Below, in pieces: positions 18,185 to 27,244 of a stretch of DNA of 34,986 nt (the stretch's first letter is position 1; every line of letters starts with the position of its first letter). The translations under genes were made by a program, and so were the position numbers. The notes under the pieces were generated by a model that ran no database searches, was not told where the DNA came from, and worked only from the letters and a program-made list of their open reading frames with translations. The stretch comes from a virus. Lineage: Duplodnaviria > Caudoviricetes. Location of the stretch: IMG/VR virus record IMGVR_UViG_3300010150_000067, positions 1-34,986 of that record, one strand, 5' to 3'.

Positions 18185-18439
18185 ATGCCATCAGAAATTG
18201 AAAAGCAGAGCCTTGAGGCACACGTAGAAATTTGCTCAGAACGATACGGGTATCTGGAGGAGAACATGGAACGAATCGAAAGTCGTTTAACTATTATTGA
18301 ACAACAACTCGATGAAATTAGGCATAATTTACTTATTAGCGAGAAAAATAAATACAAATCAATGTGGGTTTTAAGTGGATCAGTTATTGCCGCACTATTT
18401 TCAGCAGTAATCTATCTATTAACACAAGCTACATTATAA
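18185..18439 (+). CDS. Coiled-coil plus single C-terminal TM protein (holin-like / XhlA-like)
   Basis: LEAHVEICSERY...coiled coil, then VLSGSVIAALFSAVIYLL hydrophobic helix. Confidence 0.55.
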   Translation: MPSEIEKQSLEAHVEICSERYGYLEENMERIESRLTIIEQQLDEIRHNLLISEKNKYKSMWVLSGSVIAALFSAVIYLLTQATL

Positions 18440-18448
18440 ATTATCTAA

Positions 18449-19615
18449 ATGAAATATAAGAAATATCGAACCACTTCGAAGTGGACAAAAGGATTTTGGG
18501 ATCCTAGTTTGGCACCCCTCTCTTCATCAATTTCACAGTGTGATATATACGAAAATTATTTACAAGATTCCGATCGCACATATAGTTTTGACTTTTTTGA
18601 TACAGACAGCTTTGTAGCCAATTCGCTGTGGCAGGATAAAACAATTAATTATACCTTTAATGCACACGGTTATCGCGGACCGTCTTTTAATTCTAATAAA
18701 AAAATAAAAATAATTACTATTGGATGCAGTCATGTGTTTGGAACAGGCATAGATGACAGTAGTACTTGGGCAGAGCAACTTAAACAATTAATTATGCAAT
18801 ACTACACTGATGACGTAGAAGTGTTTAATCTAGGCACGCCTGGTGCAAGTTCTGATTTAAATACAGCACAATTATACCAATTAATAAACGTTATTAAACC
18901 AAATATTGTATTTTGGATGCCTCCAAATTGGAGAAGATATGATATTGGAAAAAAATCTCATACATTGTTACACTCTGGCGATATTTTTGAAGTGCCGAAA
19001 GACCAATTTGAACACGAAATGCTAACTGTATTTCCTGCTATCTTAGACTCAGACGAGATGAGTAAAGATAAAAATATACTTAATTATTCTTTATATGGAT
19101 CTTTGGACGCCCAAACGAGGTATCAAAATTTTTCTAGAAACTTTTCTATTGTACGAGATATGTGTGAGTTCAACAATATAAAACTATTTTCTTTTACTAA
19201 TTTTCATCAATTTAGAAGTTTGTTTGAGAAAATAATTATAATGCATACAGATCTTTTGTCTGATATTATTCAGTATTTAGATTATTGTAGTTCATACACC
19301 TATGCAAGTACTGCTTCCCATTTTTATGATAATCTATCCCAAGAAGATGCTTTATTAGACTATTACCTAATAAATTCCCAAAAGAATATCATAGCCTATA
19401 ATGCGTTATGTGTTAAACAAGCTATGGTTTGTTTTTATAAAGATGTTAATAAAGGAGTTTACAATGAATACCTTGACGGAATTGGAAATGATTCGATGCA
19501 TCCAAAACTATTAGCCAGAGATAACGCACATAATGGACACTTTTTTAATACATCTCTAGCCAAAATGTCGTACGATATAGTTAAAGAAGACATTGCTAAA
19601 CTGCTAAATACATAA
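18449..19615 (+). CDS. SGNH/GDSL-like hydrolase-fold protein
   Basis: FNAHGYR, IGCSHVFG, NLGTPGAS, C-terminal RDNAHNG (DxxH). Confidence 0.65.
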   Translation: MKYKKYRTTSKWTKGFWDPSLAPLSSSISQCDIYENYLQDSDRTYSFDFFDTDSFVANSLWQDKTINYTFNAHGYRGPSFNSNKKIKIITIGCSHVFGTGIDDSSTWAEQLKQLIMQYYTDDVEVFNLGTPGASSDLNTAQLYQLINVIKPNIVFWMPPNWRRYDIGKKSHTLLHSGDIFEVPKDQFEHEMLTVFPAILDSDEMSKDKNILNYSLYGSLDAQTRYQNFSRNFSIVRDMCEFNNIKLFSFTNFHQFRSLFEKIIIMHTDLLSDIIQYLDYCSSYTYASTASHFYDNLSQEDALLDYYLINSQKNIIAYNALCVKQAMVCFYKDVNKGVYNEYLDGIGNDSMHPKLLARDNAHNGHFFNTSLAKMSYDIVKEDIAKLLNT

Positions 19616-19617
19616 CA

Positions 19618-19890
19618 ATGTATTTAGAAGAACTTTATAATATAGCAGAAACAAAAATGGCATGGCAACGACAAGGTAATAAACTTGTTCGTAAATATCG
19701 CTGTACGGCTGGTAGACGCAAGGGTCGTATTGTGGGTAAGCCTGCTCAGTGTTTTGCCGCTCCAGATATTAAAAAGCGTTTTAGATTAAAAATGACTAAA
19801 GCAAAATTAGGAGCAAGAATAGCAAGAAAGGCCGCAAGAACAAAGAGAACTAATCCAGCAAGTATTATGAAGCAAAGGTTAAACAAATGA
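19618..19890 (+). CDS. Small very basic protein with MYLEELYNIAE leader
   Basis: K/R-rich, KYRCTAGRRKGRIV; CTAAATA 7 nt upstream of ATG. Confidence 0.75.
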   Translation: MYLEELYNIAETKMAWQRQGNKLVRKYRCTAGRRKGRIVGKPAQCFAAPDIKKRFRLKMTKAKLGARIARKAARTKRTNPASIMKQRLNK

Positions 19891-20510
19891 AACTAGCAGA
19901 ACTATTTGAAGCGCAATACCAAATTGCTGGCCCTGTAAGAGGAGATGAAGTTCCGCTAATCGGTAATCAAGGAGACTCTACAGAAATTGTAGTTGATCTT
20001 AGAGATAAGCGAATTGATATGGATAATGTTGGCGGTGTTGTTATTAGACCTAAATACACAGAAGCAGAACAAACAAGATTTATACAAAAACAAATGCCGC
20101 CTGGCACTCCATTTATGGTTGCCCAACCAGGTGGTGGAAAGGCACAATATCAGGTTGTGCGTACACAAGGCAATATGATCATTGCGACAGATCCTAATAG
20201 TCCAGATGGTGCGGAAGTAAGAATACAAGGAATGAACTATTACATTGATGTTGATAATTCATCTGGTATGATACACTTTGAAGATGAGAGATCACGAGCA
20301 GAAAAGTATAGAGTTATTGGTGAACTTGCACGAAAGAAAGCAACAGTAACCGTAGAAAGTTATGAACTAGAAGAAGGCGAGAAAGACGCTTGCTACCGTA
20401 AAGTAAAGTCGCGTTACAAAATTTGGCCAAGTGCTTACGCAAGTGGCGCACTAGTAAAATGTCGCAAAGTTGGCGCAAAGAACTGGGGCAACAAGAGTAA
20501 GAAAAAATAA
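19887..20510 (+). CDS. Modular protein: MKLAELFE leader, internal AQYQ duplicated domain, C-terminal basic Cys module
   Basis: AQYQIAG... / AQYQVVR... repeat; LEE then GEKDACYRKVKSRYKIWPSAYASGALVKCRK. Confidence 0.7.
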   Translation: MKLAELFEAQYQIAGPVRGDEVPLIGNQGDSTEIVVDLRDKRIDMDNVGGVVIRPKYTEAEQTRFIQKQMPPGTPFMVAQPGGGKAQYQVVRTQGNMIIATDPNSPDGAEVRIQGMNYYIDVDNSSGMIHFEDERSRAEKYRVIGELARKKATVTVESYELEEGEKDACYRKVKSRYKIWPSAYASGALVKCRKVGAKNWGNKSKKK

Positions 20511-20522
20511 GACCAAACTCTA

Positions 20523-21131
20523 ATGCGTGAATTGTACGATGATACAGAAGAAGATGTATATTGGAAAAACGCAGATCCGGAAGAACTTTGGGTATACGAC
20601 AAACTAATTTTATCACGTAAACTTGGATATAAGTGTGGGCCAGCGGGTATAGATGTGTCTGAGCCTGGATGGTATATTGTTCGCCCAATAATGAATATTG
20701 TGGGGTTAGGATTAAACGCTAGAAAAGTATACCTTTCGAAATACACAGTAGATCTTGACCCTGGGCATTTTTATTGTGAATGGTTTGAAGGTAGGCATTT
20801 ATCAATAGATTATGCGTATGGAAAACAAGTTCTTTGCGTAGAAGGGTTTAAGAAAGAAACTACACTTATACAGTGGGATAAATGGGCAATAATGCCTGAT
20901 AAAATTCCGTTGCCTAGCATATTAAAACAATTTGCCAATAAACCTAAATTAAACTGTGAATTTATAGGTGGAAAATTGATTGAAGCACACTTTAGATCTA
21001 ATCCAGATTTTACATACAATAATTCAGAGTTTATTCCAGTGTGGCCTAACCAAAGTAAGATACCACCTCAAGGATATAAATATATAAAATGTCCAGAATT
21101 TAATGGGCGCATAGGTGCATTTATAAAATGA
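20523..21131 (+). CDS. ATP-grasp-like phage protein
   Basis: YDKL, YIVRPIMN..GLG, CEWFEGRHLSID, NCEF...IEAHFR pattern. Confidence 0.55.
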   Translation: MRELYDDTEEDVYWKNADPEELWVYDKLILSRKLGYKCGPAGIDVSEPGWYIVRPIMNIVGLGLNARKVYLSKYTVDLDPGHFYCEWFEGRHLSIDYAYGKQVLCVEGFKKETTLIQWDKWAIMPDKIPLPSILKQFANKPKLNCEFIGGKLIEAHFRSNPDFTYNNSEFIPVWPNQSKIPPQGYKYIKCPEFNGRIGAFIK

Positions 21132-21886
21132 AAATTAGTGAAATTATTACAGAAAACTATAGTAATTGGGATCATCAAGAACCAGCAGATTACAGTTTAC
21201 AATTAGAAAAAACATTTGGTGAACCAGATGAGATGACCGACGAGCAAACTGTTTGGCACAATATTGATGGATTTAAACGTGTAGTATGCAGAGATGAATA
21301 TATCTTACATGGATCACCTGCACCACATTATGACTTTGTATACTGTTATGTTGACTTAGAAGTACCAGAAGAACTAAGTGACGAACTAGCAAAATGCAGT
21401 GGAAGTATACTAATTGATCATCTAAAGAATGAAGTAGGCGCACGTTGTGGTAGCCTTACAGCAAACGCAACTACACTAAATTTTGTAATGGATGTAGTAG
21501 CAGGCAGAGTAGATCCAGTTAAAGAAGAATATGAAAGACGCATACTTGGTATGAAGAAACAGTTTAAAGATGGTGAACGCTATAAATTAGACTGGTGGCC
21601 TGATGAGTCCGACGATGCAGATCCAGAGAATCCATATTACGCAGAAAGTGTTAATGAAGACTTAAAGAAATGGTTTGATGAGAAGTGGGTACGCTTTGGC
21701 CCTGACGGAAAAATCCGTGGTGACTGCGCTAGGGGAAGTAAAGGCGAGGGCAAGCCAAAATGCTTACCACAAAAGAAAGCACACGCATTAGGCAAGAAGG
21801 GTCGTAAGACAGCTGCCAACCGTAAGCGTAGGAAAGACCCAAACAAAAACAGAAAGGGTAAAGCAAAAAATGTTGCTACAAAATAA
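21128..21886 (+). CDS. Modular protein: MKISEIITE leader, acidic globular domain, C-terminal basic Cys module
   Basis: VNE then DLKKWFDEKWV...CAR...KPKCLP...RKRRKDPN. Confidence 0.7.
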   Translation: MKISEIITENYSNWDHQEPADYSLQLEKTFGEPDEMTDEQTVWHNIDGFKRVVCRDEYILHGSPAPHYDFVYCYVDLEVPEELSDELAKCSGSILIDHLKNEVGARCGSLTANATTLNFVMDVVAGRVDPVKEEYERRILGMKKQFKDGERYKLDWWPDESDDADPENPYYAESVNEDLKKWFDEKWVRFGPDGKIRGDCARGSKGEGKPKCLPQKKAHALGKKGRKTAANRKRRKDPNKNRKGKAKNVATK

Positions 21887-21888
21887 CT

Positions 21889-22938
21889 ATGAGAGCAACA
21901 GAATTTATAAACGAAGCAGTAGGCATTATTACAAAACAAAACGCTACAAAAGACGCTCCAATTGGAAGCGAGTTTGCTAATGTTAAAAAGTTAGGACTTG
22001 GTAGCGGAAAGCCAAAACTACTTACAAACGAAAACTTTGCTGACGGTAAGCAGTTTCGCGTAACCAAACAAAAAAATGGTTTTACTGTAGACTTATACGT
22101 AGACGGTAACCACGCAGGACAATATACACATACACGTAACGAAGATAATGTGCGTAACTTTGCAGAAATATTCCCAGAGTTTCGTAATAAAGGACACGGC
22201 GGCATGCTATTGTTAAAAGCAATAGCCACAGCAGACGATTTAGGTATGGACTTTGAAGAAGATTCACACAGTCTTACACCTGCTATGAGCAGATTATATG
22301 ATGAACTAGATGGCTCAGGTTTAATTTATGGTGGCGGTGGTGCTTGGACAATTAGTCCAACTGGTGAAGATGCTCTAGACGAATACCTAAGCGAAAACTT
22401 TAAAGACGGTAAAGTAAAAGGTAAGAAAGAAGTTTGGGAATCAGTAACTCCATTTGAAATCTTTAATCTGATTTCTAACATTCATACAGGACACAACGAC
22501 ATTGAAACGGACGAAGAGTTTCAGCAGTGGGTTGATTCTTTTGACAGATACGAACTCAAAGATATTCCGTTGTCTAAACTGACAGTGTCGCCATCAAACA
22601 TTAATCCAGACAAAGCAAAGTCTTATATAAAACAAAAGAATTCGCCGCCAATTGTAGTAGACGGTACAAACTATTGGATTATTGATGGACATCATCGTGT
22701 TGAAGCCGCATTGGCACGTGGTGACAAAACCATTAAAGGTTATGTTGGATTGAATGACCTTGACGAAAACTTTAAAGACGGTAAAGTAAAAGGTAAAAGC
22801 CGCCCAGGCAGAGTAAAACGTGCCGGCGCAAGTTGTAAAGGTTCTATAAGCAGCCTTAGGGCAAAAGCAAAAAAGTATAGCGGTGAGAAAGGCAAAATGT
22901 ATCACTGGTGTGCTAACATGAAATCAGGTAAAAAATAA
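21889..22938 (+). CDS. Modular polyprotein: MRATEFINE leader, GNAT-like, ParB/Srx-like and basic Cys modules
   Basis: IFPEFRNKGHG (GNAT motif A), PPIVV...IIDGHHRVEAA (ParB/Srx), three ENF[AK]DGK junctions. Confidence 0.75.
   Translation: MRATEFINEAVGIITKQNATKDAPIGSEFANVKKLGLGSGKPKLLTNENFADGKQFRVTKQKNGFTVDLYVDGNHAGQYTHTRNEDNVRNFAEIFPEFRNKGHGGMLLLKAIATADDLGMDFEEDSHSLTPAMSRLYDELDGSGLIYGGGGAWTISPTGEDALDEYLSENFKDGKVKGKKEVWESVTPFEIFNLISNIHTGHNDIETDEEFQQWVDSFDRYELKDIPLSKLTVSPSNINPDKAKSYIKQKNSPPIVVDGTNYWIIDGHHRVEAALARGDKTIKGYVGLNDLDENFKDGKVKGKSRPGRVKRAGASCKGSISSLRAKAKKYSGEKGKMYHWCANMKSGKK
22392..22796 (+). repeat. Exact 33-bp direct repeat (22392-22424 and 22764-22796) plus a degenerate copy at 22029-22049
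   Basis: CGAAAACTTTAAAGACGGTAAAGTAAAAGGTAA twice, 372 nt apart and in frame. Confidence 0.95.
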
Positions 22939-22940
22939 TT

Positions 22941-24068
22941 ATGCCAGCAAGAAACTATAAACAGTGGAACAGGATTCCAGGTAAGATCAACAGTGGTGAG
23001 TATGTTGATAGTCGAATATATTCCGACAAAAAGATATTTGAAGAAGAAATTGAAAAGATATTTTCAAAGGTGTGGGTTCCAGTATGTCACGAATCTGAAC
23101 TACCTAAAACAAATTCTTTTCGTACAATGACTGTTGCGATGCAGCCAATCATTGTAGTTCGTATATCAGATAAAGAGATAAAGGCATATCATAACCAGAG
23201 TATCAGTCAACCTGCTGGCACATTAGCATTAGATATTTACGATGCTTCTCCAATCAGAACCGAAGTCAAGTATGGTGGATTCATATGGGTCACACTAAAC
23301 GAGGAGATGGACAAGACAGTTGAGGAGTGGGCATCAGGATCATTTGATTGTATGCAAAAGTCCCTAGACGCAGAACCGTTGGAGGTCTTTCACTATCACA
23401 AGGCCATCATACCTTGTAACTACAAACTTTGGCATGACACCAACTCGGAGTTTTACCATGACTATCTACACTACCACAATCGTGTAACAGGGTTCAATGA
23501 CTCCTACTTTGCTCGTAAGAATATTGGATTTGATAACGGACACATAAATGTAGGCTCATTTGAGGTTCAGTATGACCAGTATGAAGGTTCTGAATCTAGG
23601 GATGAGTTATCGTTTCCGCATTTACCTGCTAATCACTGGGAGATGATTGACTTCTTTCCTGGTGTCAACTTTAACCTACGAGGGTCAGCACTACGATGTG
23701 ACATTATGACACCAATTGCACCAGACAAGGTGATGATTGAGTTTCGTGGTCTAGGTCTAAAGAGTGACACACCGAAAGAGCGTTTGATTAGACAACGGCA
23801 CCACAATAGTATTTGGGGACCGTTTGGTCGTAACCTACATGAGGACTTACTTGCGGTAAGCACACAACAGGCTACAATGAATGAGTATGCGGATGCTCGC
23901 AGAATTCTACACGGCCGACATGAGGTTGATGCTGATGGTGATCCAACAATTCACGATGAGGAAGGTATGCGTCACTTTTATGATGAATGGGGCCAATGGA
24001 TGAATCGATGGGCAGGCAACCCCGACCTGACCTATAAAGAAGGAGTAAACGAGGGAATGATTGGGTAA
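22941..24068 (+). CDS. Aromatic ring-hydroxylating oxygenase alpha-subunit homolog lacking Rieske cluster ligands
   Basis: IYSD..IFEEEIEKIFSKVW...HESELP, CNYKL..DTNSEFYH...H, HED; no CxH/CxxH in the Rieske region. Confidence 0.8.
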   Translation: MPARNYKQWNRIPGKINSGEYVDSRIYSDKKIFEEEIEKIFSKVWVPVCHESELPKTNSFRTMTVAMQPIIVVRISDKEIKAYHNQSISQPAGTLALDIYDASPIRTEVKYGGFIWVTLNEEMDKTVEEWASGSFDCMQKSLDAEPLEVFHYHKAIIPCNYKLWHDTNSEFYHDYLHYHNRVTGFNDSYFARKNIGFDNGHINVGSFEVQYDQYEGSESRDELSFPHLPANHWEMIDFFPGVNFNLRGSALRCDIMTPIAPDKVMIEFRGLGLKSDTPKERLIRQRHHNSIWGPFGRNLHEDLLAVSTQQATMNEYADARRILHGRHEVDADGDPTIHDEEGMRHFYDEWGQWMNRWAGNPDLTYKEGVNEGMIG

Positions 24069-24117
24069 ATTGTAATTATGGATCTTTACCTGTAAATAAT
24101 ATAAAAGGTAGAAAATA

Positions 24118-24696
24118 ATGAAAATAGAAGAACTGCTTGAAACATTTGATAAACCATATCCGTTAAGCTGGGAAGAAGGCACGGACGGCGATTCGATGGC
24201 ATTTACTAAACTACCTGATGGCACAACACTGCTTATTATGTTTAATCACGAAGGCACCGAGGAATATCAAGTAGAGTTTCACAGAGGTAATAGTCAAGAC
24301 GTAACTGGTGAGGGCGATGCTTACAGAATATTTGCTACAGTTTTAGATGCTACACAAAAGTTTATTAAAGAACGCAGTCCCGCAATGATATATTTCGCTG
24401 GTGAGAAAGGAAACACTGGCACAAATCCAAGCAGAACAAAACTTTATACTAGAATGGTACAAAAGTTTGCTAGTCAGTTAGGCTATAAAACACACATCGA
24501 AGACCAAGGTGACATGGTACAGTATGAGTTAACCAAACTAAATAAAGAAGTTAAAGAAAATATGAGCAAAACTGCTACTGCTATTAGGCGCAAAGAGCAT
24601 GAGTTAGGCTTGGAACCCGGAGATGAAGACTGGTTTAAACTATGGTTTACAAGACCGTTTTTATCCGGCCCGCCAAAACTTAGGAAAAAGAAATGA
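24118..24696 (+). CDS. Hypothetical protein with MKIEELLE leader and short C-terminal module
   Basis: TGEGDAYRIFATV...SRTKLY domain; VKE then NMSKTA...PGDEDWFKLWF. Confidence 0.7.
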   Translation: MKIEELLETFDKPYPLSWEEGTDGDSMAFTKLPDGTTLLIMFNHEGTEEYQVEFHRGNSQDVTGEGDAYRIFATVLDATQKFIKERSPAMIYFAGEKGNTGTNPSRTKLYTRMVQKFASQLGYKTHIEDQGDMVQYELTKLNKEVKENMSKTATAIRRKEHELGLEPGDEDWFKLWFTRPFLSGPPKLRKKK

Positions 24697-25529
24697 GATT
24701 TGCACAAATACAACACCCTAACGTAAATTTTGTTTATGTTAATTTACAAGAGAGTGATTATCTGTTAAAATATACTGATAAGAGAGTATTTAAAAGAGAT
24801 TTAAACGAGCAAGAGCAGTGGATTGCTGATGGCTTGGTTAAGAAGGATATTCTCAAACGTGTAAAAGTTGAAGGCAACATAGCGTATATACGCAACTCTA
24901 AACTAGACGAGTCTCAAATACAAGTGTCACTATACAAAGATGTGTTAAACGAAGATTGGAAAAAGAAAGCAACTGGCGCAGTAGCAGGTGCGGCACTAGC
25001 CGTCGGTGGTGCTACAGCGGTAAAACAAAACACGCCACAGCCTGATCTACAAACAAAAACACAAGTAGTACAAACAATTGAACAAGATCCATACAATAAA
25101 GAGTTTGGTGATGTAAATGCTCTTAAGAATATGATTAAGCAACACGAAGGCAAACGCTTAAAAGTTTATAAAGACACGGTTGGCAAAGATACAATTGGAT
25201 ACGGACACTTGGTTAAACCAGGTGAAGACTTTTCCAAAGGTATTACAGACAAACAAGCAGACGAAATGTTTAATAAAGACTTCGATCATCACGTACAAGG
25301 TGCAAGAACAACTCCTGGCTATAGTTTAGCAGACCAAAAACGTAAGCAAGCAATGGTTGATTTGGCATATAACATGGGTCCGAATTGGCATAAGAGTTGG
25401 CCAAAGTTTTCAGCGGCCGCTAAGTCCGGTGACTGGAAAACAGCCGCAAAAGAACTACAAAATAGTAAATGGTATAAGCAAGTTGGCAATCGCGGTAATA
25501 CAATTGTCAATATGATTGCGGGCCAGTAA
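24693..25529 (+). CDS. Multi-domain protein with C-terminal T4-type lysozyme (GH24)
   Basis: HEGKRLKVYKDTVGKDTIGYGHL (E-x8-D-x5-T triad), AYNMG, SKWYKQVGNR. Confidence 0.88.
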   Translation: MRFAQIQHPNVNFVYVNLQESDYLLKYTDKRVFKRDLNEQEQWIADGLVKKDILKRVKVEGNIAYIRNSKLDESQIQVSLYKDVLNEDWKKKATGAVAGAALAVGGATAVKQNTPQPDLQTKTQVVQTIEQDPYNKEFGDVNALKNMIKQHEGKRLKVYKDTVGKDTIGYGHLVKPGEDFSKGITDKQADEMFNKDFDHHVQGARTTPGYSLADQKRKQAMVDLAYNMGPNWHKSWPKFSAAAKSGDWKTAAKELQNSKWYKQVGNRGNTIVNMIAGQ

Positions 25530-25565
25530 CCTTTACCAACCACAACAAAACAGTTAAATACTGTT

Positions 25566-26057
25566 ATGAAGAAAAATAAAAACAAGAACGACAAACGAAT
25601 CGATTCAGTCTTTACAGATATGTATACATCGTTGAATAGTCGTCTTGAAAAAACTGGAAGATTGCACTATTTGAATGTTAAGAAACTCAATAAGGGTATT
25701 AAGATAGGAGATATTCAGGTAACACTTAATAACCATGGTTATGTGCTAAAGAAGGGGTATAATAGGGGTTATTCTGTTATTGAGAAGAATATATACACAA
25801 AGAAGGCTGCTATTATGATGGCTATATTCTATACTAACGGTGACGACGTTAATTTTAAAGAAGCAAGCATCCAAGACACGAAATATGGTTGTGCTTTAGA
25901 AAAATTACTGATATCAAAAGAAAGAATGAAGCACTATGCTGACGAAAGCGATTGGTTTAAAGTAGAATTAATAGAAGCTAGACTAGCAACCTATATATCA
26001 AATGCTCAGGAAGCAAAAGACAGCTTAACACAACTATATTATAATTGCGTTTTCTAA
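25566..26057 (+). CDS. Hypothetical protein
   Basis: 163-aa ORF; TTAAATA 5 nt upstream of ATG. Confidence 0.7.
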   Translation: MKKNKNKNDKRIDSVFTDMYTSLNSRLEKTGRLHYLNVKKLNKGIKIGDIQVTLNNHGYVLKKGYNRGYSVIEKNIYTKKAAIMMAIFYTNGDDVNFKEASIQDTKYGCALEKLLISKERMKHYADESDWFKVELIEARLATYISNAQEAKDSLTQLYYNCVF

Positions 26058-26097
26058 TAAATACAACTAACTTATTTTACAAATTTGGAAACATATT

Positions 26098-27243
26098 ATG
26101 AACTTAAAAGAAATGAATAAACCTGTTACAGCAGGAGAGTTTAGCAACAATATTCAGGACGCATTTGGCGTAAAAGTGGATATTTCTAAATTAGATTTAG
26201 ATCATACGCAAAAACTACTACTAACTGTTAATGAAGAGATTAAAAAGCAACGACTATCAGAAGATAGACACAGTTTGCACAAATCAAAATCATACCTAGC
26301 AAAAGTTTTCATTAAAGAAAACTTGCAAAAGCACATTGAAGAACTTCAAGAAGCAAAACCAGACTTTTTAGATTTGGATAAAGATGGCGACAAAAAAGAG
26401 TCAATGTCAAAGGCCGCTAAAGATGCTAAGAAGGATGATAAAGAAGAAGCACCAAAAGGATTAACTGCAAAGCAGAAAAAACTTCCTGCTGGTTTACAAA
26501 AAGCAATTGCTAAAAAGCAAAAAAACGAGTCAATTGAACTTGATGAGAAGAAAGATAAAGAGTCAAAATACGAATTTGATTCCAAAGGTTTGCAAGCACT
26601 TCGTATTTTAGTTGGCGGGGAAAATATGCAAAGAGCAAAAACCGCAATTGAAATGGCAATGAATGGTAAATCTGTTCCTGCTATGTATGTTAAAACATTC
26701 CTTCCTCTTCTTAACATGCTAGACGACATTATGCGTTCCGGCATGGCAAACGTACAACTGCTAAAAAATATTGACAAGAGAGCAAAGAAGTCACTTGGCT
26801 TAGAATCAACAGAAGTTGAGATCTCAGATAAACTACGTAAGTTATATGAAAGTCAAGAAGACCAAGCAGAATTGCTACTAGCATCAAAAGATATTGTTGA
26901 CAGAGTGCAAAAGGCAGTTGATGATTTAAGCAAACTACGCAACGAAGATTTACCACCACTGTTAGACGCAATGCGTAATGAACTTGGCTCTGAAATGAGC
27001 GAAGCATACTCCGCAATTGCGATTCCAACATTAGATGGTTTAGTACAATCTTTAGGCGATGGTCGTGAAACACTTGCACAAGCAAGCAGAGTTATTACAG
27101 GCGAAGAAGCACCAGCAGAACAAATGGGCGCGGAACTTCCTGCAGAAGAGCCTGTTGAAGAACTACCTGCTGAAGAAGAGTTTGCAACTGCTGACGTAGC
27201 CGCCGGCGCAGAAGAGCCAGAAGGTAGAGAAGAGCGCGAATAA
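26098..27243 (+). CDS. Putative prohead core/scaffold-like protein with EF-hand-like insert
   Basis: Helical, E/K-rich, many [LI]-x-E sites, KPDFLDLDKDGDKKES, acidic Pro/Glu/Ala tail; ATAAATA at about 26057. Confidence 0.55.
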   Translation: MNLKEMNKPVTAGEFSNNIQDAFGVKVDISKLDLDHTQKLLLTVNEEIKKQRLSEDRHSLHKSKSYLAKVFIKENLQKHIEELQEAKPDFLDLDKDGDKKESMSKAAKDAKKDDKEEAPKGLTAKQKKLPAGLQKAIAKKQKNESIELDEKKDKESKYEFDSKGLQALRILVGGENMQRAKTAIEMAMNGKSVPAMYVKTFLPLLNMLDDIMRSGMANVQLLKNIDKRAKKSLGLESTEVEISDKLRKLYESQEDQAELLLASKDIVDRVQKAVDDLSKLRNEDLPPLLDAMRNELGSEMSEAYSAIAIPTLDGLVQSLGDGRETLAQASRVITGEEAPAEQMGAELPAEEPVEELPAEEEFATADVAAGAEEPEGREERE

Positions 27244-27244
27244 G

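Noticed and set aside
20523-20552. MRELYD start of the ATP-grasp-like gene as another capsid-targeting leader
   Set aside because: Spacing differs and there is no closing [LI]-x-E pattern like the others; left out of the set.
22392-22796. 33-bp direct repeat as IS target duplication or att site
   Set aside because: No transposase, integrase or terminal inverted repeats; the insert is an in-frame protein domain.
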